A stretch of DNA of 64,000 nucleotides from Anaerohalosphaeraceae bacterium. GTDB taxonomy: Bacteria; Planctomycetota; Phycisphaerae; Sedimentisphaerales; Anaerohalosphaeraceae. A program made the translations under genes and the position numbers. Shown here piece by piece: positions 41,600 to 51,937 of this stretch; the stretch's first letter is position 1, and the number at the start of each line of letters is the position of its first letter. The stretch lies in assembly GCA_050309605.1 (NCBI GenBank), contig JBNRMN010000010.1, forward strand, positions 1-64,000. Direction: 5' to 3'. The notes below the pieces were generated by a model. That model was not told the DNA's origin. It made no database searches and worked only from the letters and a program-made list of their open reading frames with translations.

Positions 41600-43921
41600 T
41601 CAGTTAAAGCGGATAGTCCATTGAACCGGTCGATTTTCTTTTGATTCAACGACGACTCTTATGTAAGGGCCGTCCTGATCGACCAATTGAATGCGGACTC
41701 CCGCGGCGTCATCGGCTGCGGATACGGCAGTATCAGCCGCCCGCCAAACGCCTTTGTCTTTCATTGCAACAATTCGCAATTCATACGGATCGCCGCCGAC
41801 CACCTCGCTGATTCCGTGAAGGGCGTTGGCTGTGCTGTCCCACCGTTCCTCCTTGACATCAATAATGCCCTGGGTGATATGACGGGAGGTACTGAGCAGC
41901 CGAGGTGTATTGCCGGCCGGAGACAGTGAGATAATACGGCATTGAGCCTGTCCAAGCTCGGCTTGGATCATGCCCTTGAATGGCTCGATAAAACGATTGC
42001 CCCAATAGTCGAATCCGACATACGTTGTCTCGCCGTCCAATCCGATTTGTTCCATAGGATACTCAATGGTTGCGGTCTTTTGGTCGTCCCAGTTATACAA
42101 GGCAACAATATCACGGCGCACTCCGGACGCATCATCGCTCAGCAGCCAAATACGGGGAATTTTCTGTTCAAACAAATCGACCGGTCGCGGCGTTAGGGTA
42201 TGTGTGGGCATAGTGCGCTTCAAAATATCCAGCCGTTCTTCGCTCAGCTTCGTATAGTCGGTGCTGCTGGCGTTAAGCTGGCCGGCAATGGTGACCCAGG
42301 AACAGAGTGTTCGAGCCTGCTCCAGCGGTACATCATTCTGACGAACGTAAATCGGGTCGGGGTCATTGTGCCACACGCGCCGATGCAGGAAATAAACCCG
42401 GCTGCCGTAATCCGGTCCGCGAAGTATTCTGTCCCAGTTACGATTGTTGTCCGGACCGATTCGCATGGCATCCACCAGTCCCATGGCTGGTGCAAACGAC
42501 CGCATATTCTGAGGAATACAGCAGCCCAGGAAATAGACCTCTTTGCCGGCCGCCTGCCGAACGATTTGCAGACCCTTTCGATAGGCCTGAATGTGCGTCA
42601 TGGTCGGATCATACAATGTTGACTCGCCGAGTTCATCATCCCGATAGCGGTCATTGACATACATCAGGCGAGTGGCGGTGCCGGTAAACAATCCATCCAT
42701 TTTGAAGTATTCATATCCCCATTCGTTAGCCAGTCGGTCGGCGATGCGATAGACATAACGCTGGGTCGCCGGATTCGTTAAATCCAGCGATGTGCCGCCC
42801 CATCGCGTGTCGAACGGCTCACCGTCTTTTGTGGCGAACAGATGCTGCTTGTCGGCGAAATAAGGGTCATCATACGTTCCCGCAAACGGCATGTACCAGA
42901 TGCCCGGCACCAGTCCGAGCGATTTGATTTTATCGGCGGTGGCTTTCATCCCCGACGGATAAGGCCCGTCCGGTTTATGGCGTTCAAAAATCTTCTGGGG
43001 GCCGTTGGAACGCACGCCGTCCTGCCACCGGTCGTCAATCTGAACAACGGAGAATCCGTAGGGTTTAAGATGTCTTTCGGCAAATTCCGCATTGGTAATC
43101 AAATCTCTTTCATTCGAGGCGCCGGCGTGATACCACGTGCAATAGACGACCGGAAGCGGCGGCAGGGCGATGGCGTACCATTCGGCTACGGCGTCGGCAT
43201 ACGCCTCCAGCCCCAGCCGCGTATCGTCAAATCCGCCGAAGATGAAGGTTTCGAGGGCCTCGGTCTGTCCGGCGTCAAGCTGGAGGCGACCGTAGTCGAT
43301 GCGGGCCTCAAGAGAAAGGGTGTTATCTTGAATGTCGCTGAAGACAACGCCGCTGCCGCGTTCATTGCTCAGCCACGCCGCGGTGATGCCGCGGCGGGTT
43401 TTCGGGTCGGCAACCGCCAAGAAGGCGTAGCTGCCCGAATTGGACTGTTTATCCACACCGCTCAGTCCGCCGGTGCCGAGAGCTTTGAGCTGATCAGCGA
43501 CAAAAGGCAGTTCTGCGGTAAGGGTAAAAGGTGTGTACCGTTTATAGAGTGTCTGCTCCGGCTCGGCGTTTTCAAGTGTTGTCTGAAGAAAAACAAACGG
43601 ACTGCCGCGGTAGAGCGTCAATGTATGTATATTTCCGTCTTGGCCGCCCACTTCAATCGTTCGGCCCCTTCCGAACACAGAGTCTTCCGTCCCGCGGACA
43701 CGCGCCGTCGCGGGCGGATCGGTGAAATGAACCGCATAAACGGTATCCGCCCACCCCTCGCTGAACCGAATCGAAATCGCTCCGGTTGCCGGACTGTAGC
43801 TGACCGTTGCATGGGCGTTTTCGATCTGAAGATCAGCATCTTGTGCGGCGACAAACGAGCTGGCGAAAAAGGCAACACTTAAGATAAACCCCTGAATTCC
43901 GTAACGGCGATACGTTCTCAT
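41600..43921 (-). CDS. clan GH-D alpha-galactosidase (GH36/GH27-like)
   Basis: YCTWY, QIDDRWQ, PSGMK, GYEYFKMDG, MRIGPD and WHNDPD. Confidence 0.75.
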   Translation of the reverse strand: MRTYRRYGIQGFILSVAFFASSFVAAQDADLQIENAHATVSYSPATGAISIRFSEGWADTVYAVHFTDPPATARVRGTEDSVFGRGRTIEVGGQDGNIHTLTLYRGSPFVFLQTTLENAEPEQTLYKRYTPFTLTAELPFVADQLKALGTGGLSGVDKQSNSGSYAFLAVADPKTRRGITAAWLSNERGSGVVFSDIQDNTLSLEARIDYGRLQLDAGQTEALETFIFGGFDDTRLGLEAYADAVAEWYAIALPPLPVVYCTWYHAGASNERDLITNAEFAERHLKPYGFSVVQIDDRWQDGVRSNGPQKIFERHKPDGPYPSGMKATADKIKSLGLVPGIWYMPFAGTYDDPYFADKQHLFATKDGEPFDTRWGGTSLDLTNPATQRYVYRIADRLANEWGYEYFKMDGLFTGTATRLMYVNDRYRDDELGESTLYDPTMTHIQAYRKGLQIVRQAAGKEVYFLGCCIPQNMRSFAPAMGLVDAMRIGPDNNRNWDRILRGPDYGSRVYFLHRRVWHNDPDPIYVRQNDVPLEQARTLCSWVTIAGQLNASSTDYTKLSEERLDILKRTMPTHTLTPRPVDLFEQKIPRIWLLSDDASGVRRDIVALYNWDDQKTATIEYPMEQIGLDGETTYVGFDYWGNRFIEPFKGMIQAELGQAQCRIISLSPAGNTPRLLSTSRHITQGIIDVKEERWDSTANALHGISEVVGGDPYELRIVAMKDKGVWRAADTAVSAADDAAGVRIQLVDQDGPYIRVVVESKENRPVQWTIRFN

Positions 43922-44083
43922 GCCAAAAAATCCTTTCCGTTAAGTTAAAAAATTTGCTTCGACCGATAGTCGGATTCCTGTTTGTTTACGGATTGTATAG
44001 AAAATCATTTTTACGGTATGACCTTTTTGGTCGTGCCGCGTTGCTCTCTGTTTATCCGGCGCCCGGGGTTGCTTGGGGTTGAT

Positions 44084-46318
44084 TTAATTCGAAGTTACAC
44101 TCCAGCGAATCGCCTGTCGTACGAGCGTCCTGTAGGCCGGATGGGCGTAAGCGTCAGGGCCATGCCCAAGTTGAAGATAACAGATATTAGCGTTTTTGTA
44201 TCGGCGCACCCAGCCGATCTCTCGGCGATTCGTTTGTGCGTCTGTTGTCAGCAGCAGATGATTATCCGGCTCTACGGCGTAATGATTGTAGGTCTCGTCG
44301 ATAAGCTGAAAATCTCCAACGCCGACTGTCACCGGATGTGATGCGTCCGTTACATAGATGTTCATCTGCACATCATGCTGATATGTTCCGGCCGGATAGA
44401 CGACGTCGTCCACCTTGGTCGGTTCTTGATAATACTGCCCGCCGATGATGCGGCGATATTCCGGCCATGTCTGGAAACTGCACAAACTATGATGCAGCGC
44501 CACCACGCCGACGCCCTGTTCAAGCAGACGAATGAAATTGGCCTGTCGGTGCGGAGAGATCGATTGTGTCATATTATACAACACAAACCCGTCGTATTTC
44601 CAATCATCAATGGATTCGAATATTTCGCTGTCATCGTGTAGCTCGATGTGGGTATAACGTACTCCCTCCATCTCATCAAACATCGCAAAAAACGGTTCTT
44701 TGCTGAAGCCGTGTCCGCCGGTTACCAGCAATACATGAACCGGCTCACGTGCGGGTCGAATGCGGACTAATTCGGCGCCGTGAGGCGCAACGGTCATTTG
44801 AAACTGTGAGCCAAACTGCCCCAGTTCTTTCTGACGCCACACGTCGCGGACGGCCTGCGTTCCCGACAGCGTTAAGTCCGCCCATCGAACCGTTACGACT
44901 GCGGCCTGCTCGCCGAGATTAAACAATCCCACGGCCTTTGAACCGTCTTCGAGGTCTTTGGCATAGACGCGCAAGGTGTTGTCCGGCCCTTCGCGGGATA
45001 CCGTGACTCCCTGCTGTCCAAGGGCATCCTGGCTGACGGCCAGCACTTCGTCATTGGTCAATAGATTAAGCGTGAATTCGTCCAGCCGTTCCAGATCACA
45101 TCCCAGCAGCAGGGGCGCCGACACCATACACCACAATGTTACGTGCGTATATTGTTCATCCGGCGTCAAACCGGTCGGCTTGGGTTCGCGGCCGCCCCAG
45201 CCGCCGGTCATGCCGACCACCATCATATCCGGATCGTTCCAGTGTCCCGGACTTTGGTAACGTGCCCACCTGTCCAGACCAAAGCCAAAACCACTCATCC
45301 GCTCCCAATTGTCGCGAATATCACCGCTGGTGCGCCAGGCGTTGAGCATATGTCGTACCTTCGGGATTTCGCTGTACTGCATACTGTTGGAATAGCTATA
45401 GACGATATCACGTCCGCTGCGGCGAAGAGCGTCCGCCATATCCCGGATCTGCTTGTCAAACGGTGCAAAATCCACCTGCGGGGCGCTGCGCGGATTCCAG
45501 TCGTATTTCAGATAGTCAATACCCCACGCCGCCCACTGTGCGGCGTCGTTATCGGCAAAAACATAACGCCCGTCGCGTCGAAATTCACGTCCTTTCATCT
45601 GTTCGGTCCATAGACCATCCGGATTGTCGGAACTGCCGCCCACATAGCCGGCGTACGTGGTAATCCAGGGCGATGAGTATATCCCCACTTTCAATCCCAT
45701 CTCATGAATAGCACTGCAGAGTCCTTCCATGTCGGGAAAACGTTCATTGCCCTGAATCGCATTATAATGGCCGCCGCGTTTTCCCTGCCAGGCATCGTCG
45801 ATATTGATATAGGTCCAGCCGTGATTAACCAGGCCGGACGACGCCATCGCGCGGGCGGCGCGGAGAATTTTATCCGCATCAATCATCGGCCCCCAGCAGT
45901 TCCAACTGTTCCAGCCCATCGGCGGCGTCAATGCAATTGTTTCCCCGACGACGATCCTGAAGGGTCGTTCATCGGTACCCAGAGCGTTTTTTGCATGCAG
46001 CGTAACACGATATTCGCCGGGCGTTCTCAGCGTGCCGGTGATCCGCCCCGTTTGAGTGTCCACGCGCAACTCGTCAGGCAGCCCTTCAGCAGAAAACTCC
46101 ATCGGTCGGCTGCCCGTGGCCGGAATCTGATACAGAAAAGGATGGTCCGGACGCACGCCGAAAATCGACGGCCCGTTGATTCGCGGTGTCGCCGGCGGTT
46201 TCGGAGTGCGTATTTCCGGCCCGGTCTGTGCGTCGCCGTATATTAGGCTTGCAGTTGCCATCATACTTATCGCCAAGAACCACAAGCGAACCCGAACGAT
46301 TTTGTGAATATACTTCAT
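44084..46318 (-). CDS. GH27 alpha-galactosidase with N-terminal putative Ig domain and C-terminal ThuA-like domain
   Basis: TPPMGWNSWN, YINIDDAWQ, WGIDYLKYDW, WRTSGDI, WNDPDM and a C-terminal VLLVTGGH...GVGVVALHH...YLQLGH. Confidence 0.88.
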   Translation of the reverse strand: MKYIHKIVRVRLWFLAISMMATASLIYGDAQTGPEIRTPKPPATPRINGPSIFGVRPDHPFLYQIPATGSRPMEFSAEGLPDELRVDTQTGRITGTLRTPGEYRVTLHAKNALGTDERPFRIVVGETIALTPPMGWNSWNCWGPMIDADKILRAARAMASSGLVNHGWTYINIDDAWQGKRGGHYNAIQGNERFPDMEGLCSAIHEMGLKVGIYSSPWITTYAGYVGGSSDNPDGLWTEQMKGREFRRDGRYVFADNDAAQWAAWGIDYLKYDWNPRSAPQVDFAPFDKQIRDMADALRRSGRDIVYSYSNSMQYSEIPKVRHMLNAWRTSGDIRDNWERMSGFGFGLDRWARYQSPGHWNDPDMMVVGMTGGWGGREPKPTGLTPDEQYTHVTLWCMVSAPLLLGCDLERLDEFTLNLLTNDEVLAVSQDALGQQGVTVSREGPDNTLRVYAKDLEDGSKAVGLFNLGEQAAVVTVRWADLTLSGTQAVRDVWRQKELGQFGSQFQMTVAPHGAELVRIRPAREPVHVLLVTGGHGFSKEPFFAMFDEMEGVRYTHIELHDDSEIFESIDDWKYDGFVLYNMTQSISPHRQANFIRLLEQGVGVVALHHSLCSFQTWPEYRRIIGGQYYQEPTKVDDVVYPAGTYQHDVQMNIYVTDASHPVTVGVGDFQLIDETYNHYAVEPDNHLLLTTDAQTNRREIGWVRRYKNANICYLQLGHGPDAYAHPAYRTLVRQAIRWSVTSN

Positions 46319-46352
46319 TAATGATCCTGTCATTGAAAGAAAGAACAAAGTG

Positions 46353-47147
46353 CTATCGTTTGCTCGGGGCGGGCTGGGGTGGGGTGACGGTGAAATCCGG
46401 CTCGGCGCCTCGATGCCACGCCAGCGTCCATAGGTCGGCGTGTGGTATGATTTTGACTTGACCGTCCACGAACACCCCGTGGGTTTCAGGACCGTGTCGA
46501 TCCATCACATAACGCCCGATCATGGTGTTGACTGTGGAATTGCCGCCGGCTCCGTCTCCCAAATCATAACGATAACCGGTTGCCGGCAGCCGGTTGGTAT
46601 TTTTCGGCCAACCATCGACCCAGTTGGCGTCCAAAATAAAGGGCGTATTCATCGGGTTTCTTACGGAGGCAATTTTCCCGTAGAGCTTGGGTTGATCCGC
46701 ATCGACAACCAACCCGACCGATCTGTATAACCAGCCGTTGAGTCCGTAACTGCCAAAGTAATAAGGCTCGGCAGGATCATTCGGTTTGGGCCAGCGCCAC
46801 GGCCTTGTGGATTCACCCCATTGATCATTGGCGGTGTCTTCGGCCTCCGGCAGCCGAGCGATGGTCTCCGGACAATATCGAACGTCATTGATGTTGTCAA
46901 CGTAATAGCCGACTCGTTCCATCCACAGATGGCCTCCGCCGTAGGTGAAAAACTCGCCGTTGTTCTCGTTGACGTAAAGCATACACGCCATACTCAGACT
47001 TCTGAGGTTGGTATGGTCGATGACCTTTCTGGCGTGGGCACGGGCTTTTCGCAGCGAGGGGACTACAATGCTCAGCAGAAGTGCAATAATTGCAATGACC
47101 ACCAGCAGCTCAATCAGCGTAAATCCTTTGTCTCGCTTGTGCTTCAT
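46353..47147 (-). CDS. prepilin-type N-terminal cleavage/methylation protein with H-X9-DG motif, cassette 2
   Basis: [26 protein letters not shown] and H-GPETHGVFV-DG. Confidence 0.9.
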   Translation of the reverse strand: MKHKRDKGFTLIELLVVIAIIALLLSIVVPSLRKARAHARKVIDHTNLRSLSMACMLYVNENNGEFFTYGGGHLWMERVGYYVDNINDVRYCPETIARLPEAEDTANDQWGESTRPWRWPKPNDPAEPYYFGSYGLNGWLYRSVGLVVDADQPKLYGKIASVRNPMNTPFILDANWVDGWPKNTNRLPATGYRYDLGDGAGGNSTVNTMIGRYVMDRHGPETHGVFVDGQVKIIPHADLWTLAWHRGAEPDFTVTPPQPAPSKR

Positions 47148-47266
47148 AATCAGTTCTCCAAATGTGTTCGGTTGCTGCTTTTTGTTATCACGGGTTCTAT
47201 CGATAGGTTAATCGATACGAGTTCAGCCGACGCTGAGTCGGCCGAACCCGTTTAGTCAATCACACT

Positions 47267-49426
47267 TTATTCAATGACATCAACACATTCCGGGAAGAGA
47301 TTGCAATCCAGCCACGATTGAGCAAAAATAGCCAAGTCGCTGATGTCCACTCGGCAGTTGCCGCTCAGATCCAGCGCCGGATTGCTCACACAGAACGGCT
47401 CCTCGTACTCGACATACAAGTAGCCGATGTCCGTCTGTGTCAAGGGATAGTTCCAGACCCGCACATCGTCCAGCAGACCGTCATACGGAATGATGCTGTC
47501 CGTAAGGGCATCACCCGTCATCGGATCGATGGTCAGCTCATTACCGAAAATGAACGGCTGACGGGTCTGTTCGTCTGTTGTCGGATTGACCGGCGCGGTG
47601 AGACCCGTTCGGGTGACGCGCACCCTGCCATCGACATACAGCCGAGCGACCTGCGCCTCGGCGTCATACGTTGCCGCCACGTGGCGCCACTGACCGTTGT
47701 TGATCGCCAGCGCCGACGAGGCGGTCAGATCGCCGGTTGTGCCGCGAAGCTGCAATCGCGTGTCGCCGCCGTTGTGCGCCATGCAAACCCCTTGCCAGGC
47801 GTCCATCTCGCCCTCAATGCTGCGCGTCGATTTGGACAGATAGGTGCCCCAGCCGGTCTGTGTGCTCTTCGTCCAGAACGACAGCGTAAAGCCGCGAGTC
47901 AGAAAGCCGAATCCCTGTGTGCTGCCGAGAATATCGACGAACACATCGTCTTCGGCGGTGAACGAGAGCGATTTGCCGCTGATACCATCGTCATCAAAAC
48001 TCGGCTCGATAGGTTCGACGAGGAGCGTTTCTCGGTCAACAACGCGCTTGGCCACGCCGTTCCAGCCGTTGCCGGTTATATCTTCGAGGCTGTCTTCAAA
48101 CTCCCAGCGGGCAATCTGCCGATTGACCGTCAAGTAGGCCGACGCCGACTGAACCTCGGCCGGGTTACTCAGGATGCAGTAATAGTATCCCTCGTCGTCA
48201 ATCTGCACATTTTCAATGATCAATGTCGGGTCGTCCGTTTTTTCTGATACGAGGACATCCGCATCATCGCCGACTTGATACCAACGGTAAACAATGGGTG
48301 TCGGGCTGGTAGCGGTAACCGTCAACTCGGCGGTATCACCGGGCAACACCCATGTCGGTTGAGGGCCGCCAAGGATAAACGGAGAAAGCGGAATCGTCGT
48401 AAAGGACCAGATTTTGCCGGCGACCGTTATTGGCGTTAGATTGGGGTCGTCATCGATTACCAGCATCGTATCCACACGCCAGAAATACGGTGTGTTGTGT
48501 TCCAGGCCACTGACGGCGATGCTGTTGTCTTCCTGTTCAGCGCTGAGCAGAGTCGCCGGATCGCCTTCGGCGACCTTTGCCTCATTCGGATCCAGATAAA
48601 GGGTATAGCCGACGACCTCTGCGATATTGGGGTCGTCGCCCGGTTCCCATGAAAGCGTCGTATCCACCGGCACGGCAATTGCGCCATTGGCGGGAATGGG
48701 ATTCATCGCCTGGCGGGTGGTCAGTTCCATCAAACCGGGAACCTCGGAGGCCGGAATCGCCACATTGAAGAGCTGGACATCGTCAATGCGTCCGGCGAAA
48801 ATCCACCGTAAATCTCCTGGACTGGTGCTTCTCCACTCTCTTCCGATTCCGCTGCCGGGAGCGGCCGGGCTTCCGAGGGCATGGCTTCGCACTCCCGTAC
48901 CGACAAGTTCGCCGTTGATATAGATGGAAACATCATAATTATCCGAAACCGTTACGGCCACATGCGTCCATTGACCAACAGGGACAGGCTCGTCGGACAA
49001 GATAGTATCCCGGCCGCCGGTCCAAATCTGGTTAGGCGGATTGGTGTCGCCTTTGATTGAAATACCAATACCGTCTCGCCATTCACCCTGTGCAAAAACC
49101 TGGTTGTGATTCTTCTGAACGGCCATATTGATCCATGCCGCCACGGTGGCGTTGCCCCCGACAGAAAAATCCAGTTCGGGAGGATTGCCAAGGTTGATGT
49201 AAGACGACGAGCCGTCCAGTTCGATCACCGTCCCGCCGCGCTCTTCGTCATAAACAAATTGCACCGGCCCAATGACCTCGCCGTGTAATCCGTTTCCGGA
49301 AGCATCGGCGGCGGTGCCGTCCTCGAAGGTATAGAGGGCGACCAATTCCGCACGAACCGCCGGTGTCGCGCCAAAACAGATCAACGCGACCACTGCACTT
49401 AGGGTCCACAGTTTTGCATGTTTCAT
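47267..49426 (-). CDS. secreted LamG - FN3-like - Ig - LamG - dockerin-like protein, cassette 2
   Basis: ATG 49426 after GGAGG, a signal peptide, two LamG domains, YFWRVD, DEGYYYC and DLSGNCRVDISDLAIFAQSWL. Confidence 0.85.
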   Translation of the reverse strand: MKHAKLWTLSAVVALICFGATPAVRAELVALYTFEDGTAADASGNGLHGEVIGPVQFVYDEERGGTVIELDGSSSYINLGNPPELDFSVGGNATVAAWINMAVQKNHNQVFAQGEWRDGIGISIKGDTNPPNQIWTGGRDTILSDEPVPVGQWTHVAVTVSDNYDVSIYINGELVGTGVRSHALGSPAAPGSGIGREWRSTSPGDLRWIFAGRIDDVQLFNVAIPASEVPGLMELTTRQAMNPIPANGAIAVPVDTTLSWEPGDDPNIAEVVGYTLYLDPNEAKVAEGDPATLLSAEQEDNSIAVSGLEHNTPYFWRVDTMLVIDDDPNLTPITVAGKIWSFTTIPLSPFILGGPQPTWVLPGDTAELTVTATSPTPIVYRWYQVGDDADVLVSEKTDDPTLIIENVQIDDEGYYYCILSNPAEVQSASAYLTVNRQIARWEFEDSLEDITGNGWNGVAKRVVDRETLLVEPIEPSFDDDGISGKSLSFTAEDDVFVDILGSTQGFGFLTRGFTLSFWTKSTQTGWGTYLSKSTRSIEGEMDAWQGVCMAHNGGDTRLQLRGTTGDLTASSALAINNGQWRHVAATYDAEAQVARLYVDGRVRVTRTGLTAPVNPTTDEQTRQPFIFGNELTIDPMTGDALTDSIIPYDGLLDDVRVWNYPLTQTDIGYLYVEYEEPFCVSNPALDLSGNCRVDISDLAIFAQSWLDCNLFPECVDVIE

Positions 49427-49515
49427 GATACTGCCTCCAAATTCTTCTAAGGTTGCGGGTTTACGGGTTTTTGATACCACGGACTTTTTTTCAGTTCGCA
49501 TCATTTGTTCCTCAG

Positions 49516-49543
49516 GGTTCGACCGATTTTGCGCCGGCTTAAA
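49516..49543 (-). promoter_or_regulatory. candidate ECF promoter TTTAAGC-N15-CGAACC
   Basis: Partial match to the recurrent motif with the same spacing, upstream of the LamG gene. Confidence 0.35.
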
Positions 49544-49559
49544 CCTCAATTGAAAGGTT

Positions 49560-51236
49560 TTACTCAATCAGAAGAACAGGTTCAGCAACGATCAGCCAGT
49601 CATTGTCAATGTCATCTCCGCCGTCGGTTGTCGTCAGCGTCAAAAACCTGTCCGTCGGTCCCAATTTCACAACAATTCGTTTGGTCTGTCGGCGGTTGTC
49701 CTGAACGTTGTAGTGTGCTCTGAGTTGTCCGTCCACCAGAATCCACATATCGGCATCGGCATCTTTTCGGCCGGAGGCTTCCGATATACCCCATAATGCC
49801 GACAGCCCGGTAATTTGGGTGCCCGGCACATAACTGCGGATCACATCCAGGTCAAAGGTGATTCCGATGTTGGTGTGCAGCGTCAAAGCGGGTCGTCCGT
49901 TTGGCGTACCGAAAAGATGATTCTCCAAAATGGTAGGCCGCGCCCCTCGACGAATAAGACCGTCCTCGCTTTCGAATTCCGCCTGCTCAATGGATTCGGT
50001 CAGTATGGGCATAAACCACCGCCCGCTGGTGGGCGGGCATTCCTCAAACAGATGTCCCATTGACGATATCTGAACCGGACTGTCTGTTTTGTTGGGAACA
50101 AAAACGCCGTCAACTGCCGGTAATGCCGGAACGGGCAAATAGCGCGAAGAGTCGGAAACAAAGTACTCAAGCCGAGTGCTGCGGTTATGTTCAACGTGTC
50201 CGGTGACCGGATTGATCATACAGAACGGCGATTGGCTGCCGTCGCCGCGTCCGCCTTTGGCAATATCGACCAAATCCAGCGGCTCCCCCTTCCAGACAAA
50301 TCCTTTCTCTGAAGAGATTTCGCGTATAAAACCGGTTGCGTTGTAGGGGATGGGGCGGACGGCAGCCCCGTCATACGATACCCGCATCGCAGTTTGTTCT
50401 TGTACCACCTGGCTGGATTCGCCTTTTCCTGTACCGGCGGCCAGATTGACCGACCCTTTCATCACGTGGACGGAGGTGGCGCCGCTGATATCCACCTGAA
50501 CACCAAAGCTTGTACCAATATCGATCACGCGGGAGGTATATGAAGAAATCGTAAATCCCGACGCTTCCGGGGGAATCCGTGCAAACAATCGACCTTCATA
50601 CAGCTTGATTTCATTGACGGAAATAATCTCAAATTTGGCCGGTGCTTCAGCAATGATGCGTGCGTCGTTATTGAACAGGAACTTGACCGTTCCTTTTTCA
50701 AGCACCACGGGGCCTTGTCGCGTCAGATACCGGCTGTTTTGTTCAAGCGACAAGCTCGCATTGCTCCACTGGGCTTCGATACTGTCTTCGAGGACGGCCA
50801 CTTCCAGCGGTGCGAAATGGGCACAAACCGCCCACAACACCAGCGCAGCAAAACTTGCGACAGCGGCTGCCAGTGAGGCGCGATTGACCTTTCGCGGGGG
50901 ACGGGCCACTTTCTGAATCGGAACCGGCAACGGGCGGACGACAGGACGGGGCGTCTTAATAATGGCCGGTTCGGCGTGTTTTTCATCGTCGGCAAGCTGA
51001 TGCAAGGCAACATTCAGGTAATCGACCACCTCTTTCGGGTTGTCAAGCTGAAGGTTGATTTCATTGGCATACAGATTTTTCAAAATGACCTGCATGTTGA
51101 CATAGTCGAGGTAATACTTTCGGATGCAGGTATCGCTTCGCAACAGTGCATTAAGCTGAGCGACGCCTTCTTCCGTAATGATTCCCTCAATCGATTCGTG
51201 GACCAACAATCGCAGTTGGGACAGTTGTTCTATCAT
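49560..51236 (-). CDS. FecR-type anti-sigma factor with NPCBM/NEW2-like C-terminus, cassette 2
   Basis: TM helix, VIDIGTSFGV, HTNIGITFDL and DRFLTLTTTDGG. Confidence 0.85.
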   Translation of the reverse strand: MIEQLSQLRLLVHESIEGIITEEGVAQLNALLRSDTCIRKYYLDYVNMQVILKNLYANEINLQLDNPKEVVDYLNVALHQLADDEKHAEPAIIKTPRPVVRPLPVPIQKVARPPRKVNRASLAAAVASFAALVLWAVCAHFAPLEVAVLEDSIEAQWSNASLSLEQNSRYLTRQGPVVLEKGTVKFLFNNDARIIAEAPAKFEIISVNEIKLYEGRLFARIPPEASGFTISSYTSRVIDIGTSFGVQVDISGATSVHVMKGSVNLAAGTGKGESSQVVQEQTAMRVSYDGAAVRPIPYNATGFIREISSEKGFVWKGEPLDLVDIAKGGRGDGSQSPFCMINPVTGHVEHNRSTRLEYFVSDSSRYLPVPALPAVDGVFVPNKTDSPVQISSMGHLFEECPPTSGRWFMPILTESIEQAEFESEDGLIRRGARPTILENHLFGTPNGRPALTLHTNIGITFDLDVIRSYVPGTQITGLSALWGISEASGRKDADADMWILVDGQLRAHYNVQDNRRQTKRIVVKLGPTDRFLTLTTTDGGDDIDNDWLIVAEPVLLIE

Positions 51237-51244
51237 AATTCGTG

Positions 51245-51805
51245 TTATCCAACTGATAAAATACGTTGAACACAGCCTAACAACAGGGCATTGAGTCGGG
51301 CGTTAACCCGATAGACAGCGGCCAGTGAAACGCCGATTCGATGCGATATTTTTTTGGCTGTTAATCCCTCGGAATATTTTAATTTAAGAAAATCACGGTC
51401 TTTTTTAGGTAGTTTTTGGAGACACTGTCGAAGCGCACGTGTACGTTGTTCAGTGTCATCAAAAAGACGTTGACTGTCTTTTTCAAGAAGAGACAAGACG
51501 GTTTCATCTAATTGAAGATGTCTTGCCTTGTTTTTTCTTCGAAATTCCAAGATTTTATATTTTGCAATCGTAACGGCCCACGCTACAAAATCCGTACCAT
51601 GTTTATAAGCGTCGAATTTTTGCCACATGGTCATGGTCGTTTCCTGCATAATATCCTCTGCATCCGATTCATTAGGGACCATGCAGAAGATAAACGAGTT
51701 GATGCGAGAACTGTTCGCGGCAAACAGACCGATAAAATCGGCTTTTTGGCCAAAGTCATCTTTTATTTCACTTTGATTCATAACAGAAATTCGTGCCATA
51801 CCCAA
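51245..51805 (-). CDS. ECF sigma-70 factor, cassette 2
   Basis: DAEDIMQET, DFVAWAVTIAKY and LRQCLQKL. The start may be 51781. Confidence 0.9.
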   Translation of the reverse strand: MGMARISVMNQSEIKDDFGQKADFIGLFAANSSRINSFIFCMVPNESDAEDIMQETTMTMWQKFDAYKHGTDFVAWAVTIAKYKILEFRRKNKARHLQLDETVLSLLEKDSQRLFDDTEQRTRALRQCLQKLPKKDRDFLKLKYSEGLTAKKISHRIGVSLAAVYRVNARLNALLLGCVQRILSVG

Positions 51806-51937
51806 TCAACCAAAATGCCAGGGAGAGAATTTAACCGTGAACCTAATAAGCAATGATAGGGGGTGCTAAATTTTTTCAAAATAATACAAGACAAAGTTTA
51901 CCCTTTCTTCAAACAAAGGCATAAGCGGAACGTGTTT

